Counted from the stretch's first letter, positions 45,145 to 60,189 are shown. The stretch: 64,000 nt of DNA from Eledone cirrhosa (GCA_964016885.1 OZ024741.1:84940001-85004000), one strand, 5' to 3'. The notes: generated by a model not told the origin, from the sequence alone. Numbers and translations are program-made.

Positions 45145-45382
45145 GGACAGAACAAAGGAGAGGCACAAAAACAAAGAAAAGAATCCCCAGTCACTGAAGA
45201 GGTCACAGAATGTGTGACGAAAGAACTTTGACAATATATAAACAACTATCTGGTTGTGGAACCAACCAACTAACCAGAAATTTATAAATTCCTAAATTTA
45301 TAAATTTATTATAATAAATTGAAGTGAAAGCATGTGGTGCGTGTGTTTCTTATTGGCAACATGACCCTCCCAAAGTATAACA

Positions 45383-45385
<3 letters not shown>
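45145..45385 (+). mobile_element. Solo pLTR fragment of the 62881-64000 PLE family, with HHR at 45190-45232
   Basis: Near-identical to 63859-64000; GUCA-CUGAAGA-gGUCACA gaaug UGUGAC-GAAA-GAAC-UU-UGAC. Confidence 0.8.
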
Positions 45386-45435
<50 letters not shown>

Positions 45436-45664
45436 TATAGAATATTATAGAATATTATATTTAGAATGTTGAGAAGTGACACACGAGTTGATATATATTA
45501 TGAAAATAAAATAAAGTAGAAAATGCTAATAGAATTTTATCATCGAAAGACAGAAAAACATTTTTTGAAAAACAATTTTTAGTACTGGTTTCAGTAGATA
45601 AAAATTTCGACTTCTTCATGCTACAGAAAATAAGATCAGGAGTATATTATACATTTAAGGTGCA

Positions 45665-45895
45665 CCTAGCAAGTTTCCCTCCGAGGCACAAGTCCGGGTA
45701 AGGTTGTTTGTGGAAGACCACCAGTCGCCCGTGCATACCAGCCCCCCCCTCTCCACGCCACCGATGATGTCCAAGAGAAAGACAATGGCCGATACAGCAT
45801 GGCACCAGTGACGTTGCATTCTACAGCTGAGTAAACTGGAGCAACTCGAAATAAAGTGTCTTGTCCACGGACCGAGAATCGAACTCCCAACCTCC
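45665..45895 (-). mobile_element. SINE family C; second copy at 54098-54350
   Basis: Minus-strand B box GTTCGATTCTC, gacaagacact core, tail shared with 54098-54350. Confidence 0.75.
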
Positions 45896-45924
45896 CAATT
45901 ATATATATATATTATATATATATA

Positions 45925-46001
<77 letters not shown>

Positions 46002-46130
46002 AAGGTTATATTTAATTTGTTGGAATTGAACAAACTTAAAAGTTGTATAACTGATATAAAGCACTCAACATTTGGTGGAGTAAATATTCATTATATTAAT
46101 AAATGGAAACTGTATTTATAAAACCATAAT

Positions 46131-46196
46131 TATTTTATTATATATATTTCAAGCGCAACCAAGGCAAATTTTGGTGCGCTTTCATCAGATAAAATA
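46131..46196 (-). ncRNA. Type I hammerhead (family H, element about 46000-46215)
   Basis: UAUUUUAU-CUGAUGA-AAGCGCACCAA..UUGGUuGCGCUU-GAAA-UAUAUA-UA-AUAAAAUA. Confidence 0.85.
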
Positions 46197-46632
46197 CAAA
46201 ATTTGTTTTATAAATGTTGACATACCCGCAGAAGAACAACCTTGACGGTTGAAATGGTTCTAGTCCAGTAGAAGCTCTTCTATACTATGTATATATGAAA
46301 TGGATGTGGGTGTGGGTGTATCCCGACGCGCCCCCGCCATATCATCGCACCATAAGAAAAGTAGATTCTCTTATGGTCATAACCACGAAATGAGACAAAT
46401 CTACGGTTGTTTTCGCAACTGCCTTGCTTTCTCTACAATCCGCTGTGGTTGTTTCTACGTGTGTGTGTGTGTGCGAGTAGGGAAACGTGGTTATATATGC
46501 ATACATAATAACCATACACAACGTACACACACTCTCACATACACACGCATATACACACACACATACACACACACAGACACACACACACGCACACACGCAC
46601 ACAAATATATTTATATTATATATATATATATG

Positions 46633-46707
<75 letters not shown>

Positions 46708-46863
46708 CGTATCTGAATTTGTTTAGCAAGATTCTTTATCTGAAATCGTGTGTTGAAACCGATATTGTTATACTTTGGGAGGGTCATGTTGCCAATATCT
46801 GGAACCAACCTCCCAAAGTATAACAATATATATATATAAGTATATATATATGTATATATATAT

Positions 46864-48827
46864 AAAAAAAACATGAGAAGAAAGAATACTGCGTGGTTGC
46901 ACATGGCTTACATATGATAAAAATAGTCCTTCGTCAGTGATTTTCCAACCTCATTGGTATTTCATCGCTTTAAAAATCATATACCTCCAGTTAGTGCGAT
47001 CAATAGCTAAGTAAAGCTATTGGGACAAGTAAATCGCGTAAAGCGAGCGAGACAAGTAAACAAACATAGCAGGATGATAGCAAGGCAAAGATAGGAAAAA
47101 ACAAGCAGCATGGGAATCCGGTCAGCTTAAGCTGGGTGGATTTCATGAGCGAGCTAGATACAGACCGTCCGGCGTGAGTGAGATGTGAGCAAGAAGAGAA
47201 CCCACTACAGGCCAAACGGGAGGAAGTGAGAAGGGGAGAAACAGAGAGTGAGTGAGTGGATGTGCGCGGAAGAGGCCAGTCGAAAGAAAGTGTAACTGAC
47301 AGAGGGGGCGAAAGAAGGTGAGAGAAACAGAGAGAGCGGGGAAGCAGTAAGAGAGAAACAGACAAACGCAGCCGAGGAAAATATATATAAAAAAACATGA
47401 GAAGAAAGAATACTGCGTGGTTGCACATGGGTTACATATGATAAAAATAGTCCTTCGTCAGTGATTTTCCAACCTTCATTGGTAATTCATCGCTTTAAAA
47501 ATCATATACCTCCAGTTAGTGCGAGCAATAGCTAAATAAAGTTATTGGGACAAGTAAATCGCGTAAAGCGAGCGAGACGGGTAAACAAACATAGAAGGAT
47601 GTTAGCAACGCAAAGATAGGAAAAAACAAGCAGAATGGGAATCTGGTCAGCTTAAGCTGGGTGGATTTCATGAGCGAGCTAGATACAGACCATCCGGCGT
47701 GAGTGAGATGTGAGCAAGAAGAGAACCCGCTACAGGCCAAACGGGAGGAAGTGAGAAGGGGAGAAACAGAGAGTGAGTGAGTGGAAGTGCGAGGAAGAGG
47801 CCAGTCGAAAGAAAGTGTAACTGACAGAGGGGGCGAAAGAAGGTGAGAGAAACAGAGAGAGCGGGGAAGCAGTAAGAGAGAAACAGACAAACGCAGCCGA
47901 GGAAAATATATATAAAAAGCATGAGAACAAAGAATACTGCGTGGTTGCACATGGGTTACATATGATAAAAATAGTCCTTCGTCAGTGATTTTCCAACCTC
48001 ATTGGTAATTCATCGCTTTAAAAACCATATACCTCCGGTTGGTGCGAGCAATAAAGCTATTGGGACAAGTAAATCGCGTAAAGCGAGCGAGACAAGTAAA
48101 CAAACATAGAAGGATGATAGCAACGCAAAGATAGGAAAAAACAAGCAGCGTGGGAATCCGGTCAGCTTAATCTGGGTGGATTTCATGAGCGAGCGGGAAA
48201 GGTACAGACCGTCCGGCGTGAGTGAGATGTGAGGAAGAAGAGAACCCACTACAGGCCAAACGGAAGGAAGTGAGAAGGGGAGAAACAGAGAGTGAGTGAG
48301 TGGAAGTGCGAGGAAGAGGCCAGTCGAGAGAAAGTGTAACTGACAGAGGGTGCGAAAGAAGGTGAGAGAAACAGAGAGAGCGGGGAAGCAGTAAGAGAGA
48401 AACAGACAAACGGAGCCAAGGAAAATATATATAAAAATCAGGAGAAGAAAGAATACTGCGGGGTTGCACATGGCTTACATATGATAAAAATAGTCCTTCG
48501 TCAGTGATTTTTCCAACCTTCATTGGTATTTCATCGCTTTAAAAATCATATACCTCCAGTTAGTGCGAGCAATAGCTAAGTAAAGCTATTGGGACAAGTA
48601 AATCGCGTAAAGCGAGCGAGACGGGTAAACAAACATAGAAGGATGATAGCAACGCAAAGATAGGAAAATACAAGCAGCATGGGAATCGGGTCAGCTTAAG
48701 CTGGGTGGATTTCATGAGCGAGCGTGAACAGACCGTCCGGCGTGAGTGAGATGTGAGCAAGAAGAGAACCAACTACAGGCCAAACGGGAGGAAGTGAGAA
48801 GGGGAGAAACAGAGAGTGAGTGAGTGG
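46864..48827. repeat. Tandem array, about 3.75 units of 519-524 bp, purine-rich plus strand, flanked by (TA)n
   Basis: aaagaatactgcg at 46881, 47405, 47929, 48448. Confidence 0.95.
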
Positions 48828-48971
48828 ATATATATATATATATATAATATATATATGTGTGTATGTGTGTGTCTGTGCGCGTGTGTGTATATGTGTGTCT
48901 CTGAGTGTGTATGTGTGTGTGTATATGCGTGTGTACGTAGGAGTATGTGTGCGTTGTGTATGGGTATTATG

Positions 48972-49011
<40 letters not shown>

Positions 49012-49463
49012 AGTGTGTGTGTGTGTGTATATGTGTGTTTGCGCGTGTGTATTGTTTGACCAGTGTTGAGAAATTTTATAAAATAACTATCTTTCATGTG
49101 ATGCCATAAATATATGTTGTTTGAAGAATAAGAGAATGGCAGAATACTGTGAAGGGGAAATTTACCATACCATAATGGTTTCCACACAAAAAGAGATTCA
49201 CACAACGATATTACCTTTTTTTACACAAATTTCCCTTTTTGTTTCGGTTTTATTTTATTATGTTATATATGCATTTTTATATTCTCGTTCCTATTTTGAT
49301 TACCATTTTTAATATATTATTCATATTTATAACAATTTCTTGTTAAAGTTGTTAATATGTTGATTTCTTTTATATGGAAGCTTCCACGTATATGTTTAGT
49401 TATGTTTATTTGTATATACATACATATACAATCAAATACACACACACACACTCATACAAACAA

Positions 49464-49499
<36 letters not shown>

Positions 49500-49618
49500 G
49501 AATGGTGCATATTCATATATATAATGTATATACATATGCATATATATGTACATATATATAATATATAAATATATATGAATTGTGCATATTCATATATATA
49601 TATACATACACGGATACA

Positions 49619-49654
<36 letters not shown>

Positions 49655-49876
49655 AATGTATCCGTGTATGTATATATATGAATATTCATATATATATACA
49701 TACACGGATACATTCTTACATATATATATATATATATATATATGTATGAATGATTGTATCCGTGTATGTATATATATGAATATGTACCATTCATATATAT
49801 TTATATATTATATATATAATATATAAATATATATGAATGGTGCATATTCATATATATATATATACACGGATACATT

Positions 49877-49950
<74 letters not shown>

Positions 49951-50261
49951 TATGCAAATATGTAGACATATATACGTATGTGGGGCGTGTTTATTCGTAT
50001 TTTTGTGTGTATCTGGGTAGATGAGTATCTGTGTGTGTGTGTGGGGGGGGGGTTCATTGTTCTTCATCTATTTCCCATGCCTCGGTAGTTCTGTTATACC
50101 TTCTTCTATGTAAGTATCAAAAGCTCACTAATTGTCTATGCATTTCTTTGAAATTTTGTTTTTTCCTCTCCAAATGGAACCGATTATATCTGTCGTTTTA
50201 ATTTTCTATTTGCTTATAACTAATTTATTTTGTTTATAGATCTAAGCCGGTTAGATGAAAT

Positions 50262-50852
<591 letters not shown>

Positions 50853-52936
50853 TGTGTGTGTCTGTGTGTGTGTGTTTGTGTGTGTATACATTTTAACAAA
50901 TGGTGATAGCTTGATTTTAGAGTACTTGTAGTTTCATAGTTTGCGTTAATAATCGTACACATCTTCTATTTATATATATATATATATATATACAGAGAGT
51001 GGGAGAGAGTGAGGGGAAGAGAGAAAGAGGGATACATGTTGACCACTCGCCGCTAGTCTCTGTCCTCTATCTTTCAGAGCCTTTAGCTCTTTTAACGGCT
51101 GTCCTAGCGATGGGTTTTTTCATTTGTATATGTATATATACACATACATACATGCATACATACATGATGGCTGCCCCCTCGTTATCGAGTATGGTCATTG
51201 CACGATATACCATTATTAATAATTATTAATTAATTCTATCGTGCACTGCCTCTACGTGAAGATATTTTTTAAAGTGAGGAAAGACTGTGCACTGAGCCAA
51301 TCCCACTCTCGGAGAGACAGTAGCTATAACCCGAAAAGAAGAAAATATCAACATCATCGGTAACTACTGAGCCGCAGGTTTTATGTCGAAGTTATCCCAG
51401 TTTCCTGAGTTGCCTTCTCCTAGGAGAATGCCCTGACAAAGTCTAGGGGTCCTTCATTTCCAGTGGTTTAACCGCGCGATCGGGTATCCAGCCCGACTAT
51501 TTCTAAGTCCCCACGCATATACATATGTACATGTGTATATACATATTTACACACTTTCGGATGGCCGTTGACTCTTTTGAGTTTTTCCGCCCTTGAGTGC
51601 TACTGGTAACTTGTAACCCAGTACATACATACATACATACATACATACATACATACATACATACATACATAGGTAGATAGATAGATTGATAGATATGCAG
51701 AGAGACAGTATTAAAACGTATACGGTTACCATTGTTTGTATGCGACTGCAAATATCTAATTTGTATACTGTTAAGATCAATTGCTACTTCCTAGATCGTA
51801 TCGCTTCTGAAATTGCTTTGTATAACAGTAAATAAATACGTGATGAACAGTGTATGTTTTACACCGGGGATCCATCTGCACCAGCCGCAATCAATCTGTT
51901 TGTCGACGAAAGGGATTTTGTTTATCTGTGACTGTTGTCTTCCGATCTACTATTTTACTCGCTTTTTATATTTTTGTTAGTAGCAGTCATTGGTCAGCGG
52001 TCATGGTGGTGTACAACCCAGTTAATGTTTAGTCAATCCTATTGACCCTAATACACATTTCATCGGTCTTCTTTTGCGCACCCACTGCAGTGTGGAAATA
52101 TACACAGACACTACTGTAAACACAATCACATACACACACATGCAACGCATTGAGAATGAATCCGAAACCAGATAGTTGCAATGTAAACTGAATTGACTAT
52201 TTCTTACAGAAAGGTTGACCACCGAGATGCGCTCCCATTGGCTCATTTCCATTCTGTGTGTAGCCATTGTGGCTTCGAAATATTGCAGTTTTCTAATCCC
52301 ATGGAACCAGCGCTATTATATCTGTTATACCAAAAAATCATTGAATTACTTTTTCAAAAGACAAATATCTTAAACGATCTCTTGGAATAATCAAGATTTT
52401 CTTTCGTTTGTTTATGTTCTATCTTTGAATTTCTTTGTTCAGAATTTTCTTTCTTTATTGACAAGTGTTTGTTTTGATGCTTCAGTTTCCTATAAATATC
52501 TAGAGGGAGCATACCATTGAGTCTGCATTAATATTTGTATTTAGATAAATGAGTTCTATGTAATATCCATATGTGTATCAATGTATGTATGTTTGTATGT
52601 ATGCAAGTATGTATATACGTACGTACGTATGTGTGTATATATATATATATATGCTGGAGGTACATATATATAGATATTTACAAACACACTCACATGTACA
52701 GTTGATACATATATGTGTGGTTGTTGGTTCGTGGTGGTGGCGGTGGTTGTGGGGTTGGTGGATAATAGTGGTAGTAGATTTGATCAGTTGGTTGTTTGAT
52801 GAAAGCAGTGTTCACTAATGTATGTTTTGGCGTGTGTTTATAAAGAATTATGTGTGTGTGTATGTAATTGTATGCCTATACGTGTATATACACACACATA
52901 TATATATAGTATATAAATATATGTATATTTATATAC

Positions 52937-53010
<74 letters not shown>

Positions 53011-53042
53011 TACACATACAGGCATAAAATTACCATATGTAT

Positions 53043-53100
<58 letters not shown>

Positions 53101-54002
53101 ATACATACACATACAGACATACAATTACCAACACACCCATATATATATTTGTGTGCATACGTGTGTGAGTATTGCGTGTGTGTGTGTATGTGTGTGTGTG
53201 TGTGTGTGTGTGTTGATATGGGAGAATGTGAGTGTCAGTGAGTGTGACTATATTTAAATGTACCGAAAACAAATATGGTGGAAGTCAGTTTTAAAAGTAA
53301 CACTGTTTATAGATAGAAAGTAGTGTCTTTTCAAAGATATCTCATTGACTGGCTGTCTGTGCGTATGTATACGTATGTGGGTGTGTTTGCATATGGGGGT
53401 GAGTATGTGGGTATGTAAGGGGAGGGGGATTAGTGTTTTTTGTGTTTATACTATGTGTATAGGTACATATATGAAAATATATAAACATTCACTAATTATG
53501 CTAAGACAACTAATTTCTCTCTCTCACTCACTCTCTCTCCCATACAACCTCTTTCTCTTTCTACGTCTGATAAAGTTGAAAGAAATGTATATTATTCGAA
53601 GTGCAGTAAATTAAGACAATGTAATTTTCTTTTATTCTGAATTGTTCAGGCGGAATTCTATCAGCTTCAGTCACAGCTTTCAGTCGGAGCAAATATTATA
53701 AGTACTGAATGACGTGTCCTGAGACTTTTCTATTTGGAGAGGATTATTTTTATCTAAAGACATTTTTTCCAATTCCATCCCGCCCGTACCCTCAATCTAT
53801 CTTATTTCTCATTCTTTGTTCTGATGAAGGACTAGCGTCCGAAACGTTAAGGCCCTCTTCCTGCTATATCAAGCATTAACCTAATATATCCCTTCCATAT
53901 ACTGTACCGATTGTGTTGTTATTTCTGTTTTCCTTTTACATACATATATATATATATATGCATGTGAGTGTATGTGCGTGTGTGTATTGTTAGGTTTAAC
54001 TA

Positions 54003-54060
<58 letters not shown>

Positions 54061-54463
54061 TAAGGCTACCATCGGTCACTAATGACCATGGTTTTGTACC
54101 TAGAAAGTTTCCCTCTGAGGCATTAGCCTGTGCAAGGCTTGTTTATGGAAGACCCGCAGTCACCCATTCATACCAGTTTCCCCTCTCCACGTCATATATG
54201 TTGTCCAAGGAAAACGCAATGGCTAATACAGTTTGGCACCAGTGACGTCGAAACTCATTTCTACAGCTGAGTGAACTGGAACAACGTGTAAAAATGTGTC
54301 TCGTGCAAGGACACACCGCATAACCCAGTCCAAGTATCGAACTTACAACTTCTCAAATGCAATCCCAAGACTGTAACCCCAAAGCCATGCTAATTGAAAT
54401 GTAAATGTTAAAAATGTAATTGTTGAATTAGGTTTTCAAATTACCTGTTATTATAGATTATTT

Positions 54464-54582
54464 CCATTCTGAGTTCAAATCCCGCCGAGGTTAACTTTGC
54501 CCCTTCATCCTTACGGGGTCGATAAAATAAAGTACCAGTAATGCACTGGGTAATTGCTGGCCTTGTGCTAAAAGTAGAAACA
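54464..54582 (+). mobile_element. 5'-truncated SINE family A with 14-bp TSD
   Basis: ATTATAGATTATTT at 54450-54463 and 54583-54596. Confidence 0.85.
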
Positions 54583-54884
54583 ATTATAGATTATTTTATT
54601 CTAAGATTACCGGTATTACTCTCCTTTACTTCGATAATGTTTGTTATATATTTATTTATGTTCTTCCTCCCAACTAGTTTCTTCTATTAATCTTTTAAAT
54701 ATAGGGGGTCTATAAGTAGCTTCAATGTAACACCTCAACATCATTGTCATCATATTTTTAATGTTTACCATCCAATTCTTACTGTGGAAGCCTTAAAAGA
54801 AAATTATCTTGTATATTTTCTACACATTACATAATGCTTTAAGCAAATTATAACACCTTCGTGTATATTATGTACTGTATGAAT

Positions 54885-54984
<100 letters not shown>

Positions 54985-55110
54985 GGAAAGTTATATTTAA
55001 ATTGTTGGTTTACAACTAGTAAATATTTATAACTGATATAAAAGCACTCAAGTATTTGGAGTATATTTACGATATTAAATAAATGGAAACTATATTTATA
55101 AAACCATATT

Positions 55111-55176
55111 TATTTCACTATATATATTTCAGGGATATCATATTAACAATATGTTATGCCTTCTTCAGACAAAATA
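55111..55176 (-). ncRNA. Type I hammerhead (family H, element about 54985-55215)
   Basis: UAUUUUGU-CUGAAGA-AGGcAUAaCAUAUU..AAUAUGaUAUcCCU-GAAA-UAUAUA-UA-GUGAAAUA; stem I rich in G-U pairs. Confidence 0.65.
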
Positions 55177-55760
55177 CAATATAGACAGTTTTATAGATAA
55201 ATAGATTTGACATACCGTTCAACATCGACTTGTATTTGAAAAAGTTGATTTGGCAGTGAAAAATTGTAAACAGAAAGAAAGAAAGAAAGAAAGAAGGAAA
55301 GAAAGGAAGAAAGAAAGAAAGAAAACGAAGAAAAAGAAGAAAAAGAAGAAATGCATGCAACAAAATAGAGAGATGGAAAGATAGATAAAGAGAAGAACTT
55401 CATGTAAAGAAACAGAGAGAGATATAAAGAGAGAGGAAATAGATAGAGATAGATATATATAGAGAAAAGTAGGTAGTTGGACGACGTATCAATGATACAT
55501 TTATTTATTTATTTAGCTCTAGTATTAATGTAAGGGAGATATATGTCGTTAGGAAAGAAACCAGCCGTTATATAGAGAGAAAATGAAAAGTAACCAGACA
55601 TAGGCGAGGCAGAATTCAAAAACCCTATGTTTTAATGTAGAAGTATTAGTTCGTATAAAAACCAGGCACTATAATGTAAATATCAGTATTCCTGAATATA
55701 TATATATATATTAGTATTCCTGAATATATATATATATCAGTATTCCTATATATATATATA

Positions 55761-56180
55761 TATTAGTAAAAAGAAAAGAAAATGCTGACAAATTTTTCCC
55801 AGTGAAAAGTAGTTTAATTAGGAATAAGTATAAATTAGTAATAAATATTAGTTAGTATTCAGTTTTAGTTTTAAGTTTTTACCGGTTGCGCACTTCTAAT
55901 GCTTTTCAAAAATAATTTTGAGATAGAGCGCTCGTGATTTTTCTCTAATCTAAATTTTTGCAAAAATGGCGAGCGCTCTATCTCAAAATTATTTTTGAAA
56001 AGCATTAGAAATGCGCAACCGGTAAAAACTTAAAACTAAAATTGAATACTAACTAATACTTATTACTAATTTATATTTATTCCTAATTAATCTATTTTTC
56101 ACTGGGAAAAATTTGTCACCATTTTCTTTTCCTCTTTACTAATATATTACAACTCGTGTGTCACACCTCTATTTTTTAAA
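55761..56180. mobile_element. Fold-back pair of pLTR ends related to the 30918-34224 PLE
   Basis: Arms 55761-55934 and 55970-56144 are inverted; sequence matches 34056-34224 and 30918-31030. Confidence 0.85.
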
Positions 56181-56194
56181 TATATATATATATC

Positions 56195-57125
56195 AGTTCG
56201 GGGTGCTCCGATCGGCATAACCAACCCAACAGACAACGACGTATTGGGAGAAATGGCGTTTCCAGACGTTCGCAGCGACTACGTAACACATACTCTGACG
56301 GAACGGGTACAGAGCCTGGTGACTACAACAGAAATCGAACCAGTTCCTGTAATGTAATTTGGTTTAATCCCCCCTTCTGCGCCGGATTACGCAACAACCT
56401 AGCTGCCTCTTTCTTCAGGGCTTTGGATAAGCACTTCCATAATAACACGCACCAATACCACGCCATTTTCAACAGGCACACTATTAAATTGTCCTACTCC
56501 ACAACTAGAAACCTAGCGCAAAATATAGAAGTCTTAAACCGAAGTAGATTGAAAAACATCCGCAACTCCAGGGGAAACACCAACCGTGAGGAAGCGCACC
56601 ACGCAATTGCCTCTTCCTCTGTTGATAACATCTTAAACCGTGAAAGACCGGGGAATCATACAACGCGACCCGGTGATCGGGCAGCAATACCCCTCCGAGC
56701 TGTAATTGTGGAAACGCCAGTAACTGCCCCTGGGGGGAAAGTGCCTTAGCAGTGGCTTAGTATATGAATGTAGGGTGAATGCCCACAACCAAACCTTGAC
56801 CTATATCGGAGCCACGGCTAATAAATTTAAGGAACGCTGATGCAATCACTGCCACACTTTTAAGCGAGTTGATAAGAAATACAGCACCGCCCTCTCAGAA
56901 CTGGTGTGACGTCTCAAACATCATAACGTAAAATACACCGTCGTGGTCCAAGGTAGCCTCACCCCAACCCTACAGAGGGGGTGGACATGACTCATGCGAT
57001 TTGTGTGTCACCGAAATTATGGAAATAATCGAGAGGGGAGCTCGAGTTATCAATAAAAGGAGTAACCTCTTCAGCACCTGCCTCCACAGATCATCTGGAA
57101 CCTTCCTCAAACTCTACGGACTAAC
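56195..57125 (+). mobile_element. Decayed Naiad-type PLE, linker and GIY-YIG region
   Basis: IWFNPPF, FNRHTIKLSYST, CNC..CP, LVYEC, YIG.TANKFKER*..H, STALSELV*, CDLCVTE, CLH. Confidence 0.8.
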
Positions 57126-58637
57126 AACATAGTTATACTAGTTGAGGCCATTTGTAAGCTTCAACATTGGAGCCGGGCGTGGCCACACAACAACCCCAGC
57201 GTCAGGCGAACCATGGGTATCATGTTTGCACACCTGGAGTCTCTGTGTGTACATATTTCATGTCCTTTTTTCCTTATTCTCTGATTATATACCTACTGTT
57301 GTTTTTTAGGAATTTTTGTCCCGTTCTTTTAGTATTATGTTCTCTGTATGTGTTCTCGGTTTCTTATCTGCTTGTTCCTGTCCATACTTTCGCTTCCCGT
57401 AACTCTCTTCCATAGTCTAAGAGCCATTTTAATAGTATTGATGCCACTGTAGTTAAAACAGAATTCTATTGTGGTTAGCCGTTTTTCTGCACTGTAATTA
57501 TTGCTAGCCTTGTGCCTTAGAATGATAGAGAGAACTGAATTAACTGTGCATGTATTTGTTTATATATATAAATACCCATCGATATTTCAGTCCCATTTTT
57601 CGCTTCCTTGTTTCAACGAACTACTATTGTGGTTAGTTTATTTTTCATGGAAGCGTGGCCTTTTCTTGTTGCCGCCGTCACCGTGGTGAGCTCATCACTG
57701 GTGTTGTTGTTGTTATTGTTATTGGTGTTACCACTGTCTGTCTCCCGGTTAATTGGGTGTTCACTGCCATTGGCTTGATACTAATATCAATGACACCACC
57801 ACTACTACGACGAAAGAGGTAGGTGATGGGCGGTGTTAATGTTTGTTGCCGTTGCTATTGTTGTTGTTGATATATATAGTCATGGTGATTGATACCACCA
57901 ATTCTGTGTATCCACCTACCTCAGAACCTCTTTTATTGCTTTGATGTTATCGTTGTTATTGTCGGCGGGGGATACCATCACTACGACTGCTACGGCCTGT
58001 GTACACGACGCTGGTCTGTGTTTTTGCTGTTGTTGTCGTTGTTGTTGTTGTTGCTGTTGAAGCTGTTTCCTTTAGCAGCTGTTTTCGTTATTGTTGTCAG
58101 TAGAGTAGTAATATCACTACGACTGTTGCGGCCAGTGTGGACGATATTGGTCGGCGTGTTACTGTTATTGTCACTATTGTTGTTGTCGTCGTCGTTGTTG
58201 TTGTTGTTGTTATCTATAGGTGGTCGTCAACAAAGTGTATACCCCTACACTCCATCAGAGATCCATTTATTGCTTCCACTGGGCTTTGGCTACACACAGT
58301 TTTTCCGCTTTTTCCTTTATAACTTTTTTTAGGAAACACCACGGCTGGAAAACCCTTCAAGGAACTCATATGTCTGCTGAGCACACAAGCAACAGGACGT
58401 GTGTTTTTTCCTGCGAGCGACATATCAAACATATCGATAATTCATCTGAGGATACCGTTCTCATAATCAACATCAAATGCATGAAGGGCATCCCGATTGC
58501 ATGGAGAACCGTTGAAATAATTATAATGATTAAATGATATATGTAACCTCAGCATCTTATTTTGTTATTTTATATATATATATATATAAATCAGAAAAGA
58601 AGAGTGACACGGTTTGCTATACAAAAAAGGTTTTTAA

Positions 58638-58758
58638 TCTCATTGCTGACAATTGTTTCTCTGAACTGGTAGGTCTAGAGATCGCTACCCGCTTGTTTTC
58701 GCGTCATTCGATCACCAATACATAGTTGTAACCAGTCAATTCATCAGAGCTTGTGAAA
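58638..58758 (-). ncRNA. Type I hammerhead with 81-nt stem II domain in a PLE pLTR
   Basis: UUUCA caa GCU-CUGAUGA-auUGACUGGU...ACCAGUuCAga-GAAA-CAAUUG-UC-AGC aa UGAGA. Confidence 0.7.
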
Positions 58759-60135
58759 ATGAAAGGAATATACAGGAATGGCTTCTATATATAGTAATGG
58801 CATTCAATCAGAACAATAACAACAATACTAACAATGCTAGCAATAAATTACTTGAAATAATCACAACATCAACCTAAGTAAGAAACATAGTATATCTACG
58901 ACTTTATCGTGTAAAACTTGCTTACATGAGGCAGATGTATGAAATCGACATGTAAAAGCTGTCATAGGGTGTATTGTATATAGTGTAGAGATAAGCCGGT
59001 GGCTTTAAACAATGTACCATTTCCTTTACTGTAGGTCTGGTGACTGTAAGAATTATTTATTATCTGACAGATGAAATATTTATCATTGTAGTGAGGATAG
59101 TAATATGTGTGGTGTGAGGTGTGTTCAATATTTATGTGGTCTATATTAGATGAAGGGATTGTTAGTTCGAATCAGACATTGCTGTGGTATAGAATTAAGA
59201 AGGCTAGAATTTACTTAATGATTATAGTTCTGTGGTGGTCCGTGTAATATTGTGGATATCATATGTTGAATGCTAAGTTATGTCGGTTCGATTCACGGAG
59301 GCTTAAATCTTGTGAATTTAGTGGCGATCCTGTGTCTGCAGAAAATTGATCTTTCTAACTTGTTGTTGAGTAGCCTTTTTACATTCCTAAGGATATATAG
59401 TAATTCCAGATCACAGAGCCTACAGTAGGACATACCGGTATTGTTAGCCCTTGCGGCCGACAACCTCGTCCAGTTGATATTGTAGTTGGTGTTATTGTCC
59501 TTAAGTTCCCAGATTTTTTTGGCGAGGGTTGTAGAACCATAAGTGCACGGTTCTTCATCGAGTGTCTGTGCACATACCATCTTTTTTTAAAAGTACCCGC
59601 GGTGGATCCAATGTAATGCCAAGTGGAGTTGCCCGAGTTGACCGTACACATGTATACTAGCCTCGAATCAAGGCATCTATTCGCCAATGGGCACATATCC
59701 GGTAGGTGACAGTTGCAGTTTGAGGTGTTATTCCGTGCAGCTTCCACACTGCTGTTTTGTACACTGCTATAAGTGGGTTGTGATTTATGCCCGTTGAGGT
59801 TTTGGTGCTGCGTGCGTGTATGTGTTTGCAGTTGTGATACTCTGATGTGATTATGTATATAATTTGGTGCTATGTTGCACATAGGTGGGGCGGATTCCCT
59901 AGATGTATTTCTGTGGTTGATCTTCCGTATGTGTGATTCTATATTTGTAGCCGTAGAGTATGAGAGTTTTATAGTTTTTCTATTGAGTATTTTATGATAT
60001 CTGTGGGATATAGGGAAGTGTTTATCTATTAGTTTAAAGAACGTAGAAGGCAGTCTAGCTTTTACAGAGGAGTTGCATTTCAGAATACTACTACATCACT
60101 TTCCCCCTGTTATAATTGTAGTCAGCATGCTTTCT

Positions 60136-60189
<54 letters not shown>

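Noticed and set aside
46225-46262. CAGAAGA...AACC/GGUU-GAAA hammerhead-like string
   Set aside because: Core is mutated and no stem I is found
53814-53852. CUGAUGA-aGGAC uagc GUCC-GAAA-CG-UU minimal hammerhead core
   Set aside because: Core and stem II are good but stem I forms only 2 pairs; probably a decayed HHR, so not called
56838-56909. Two in-frame TGA codons in a Naiad-type PLE, suggesting selenocysteine as reported for some Naiads
   Set aside because: Both align to Trp positions (KKRW, IWELK in the 60710 copy), not Cys; the copy also has frameshifts; most likely TGG>TGA decay
57690-58540. Hydrophobic poly-L/V ORFs and a Cys-containing minus-strand stretch
   Set aside because: Derived from degenerate (TTG)n repeats; no coherent domain
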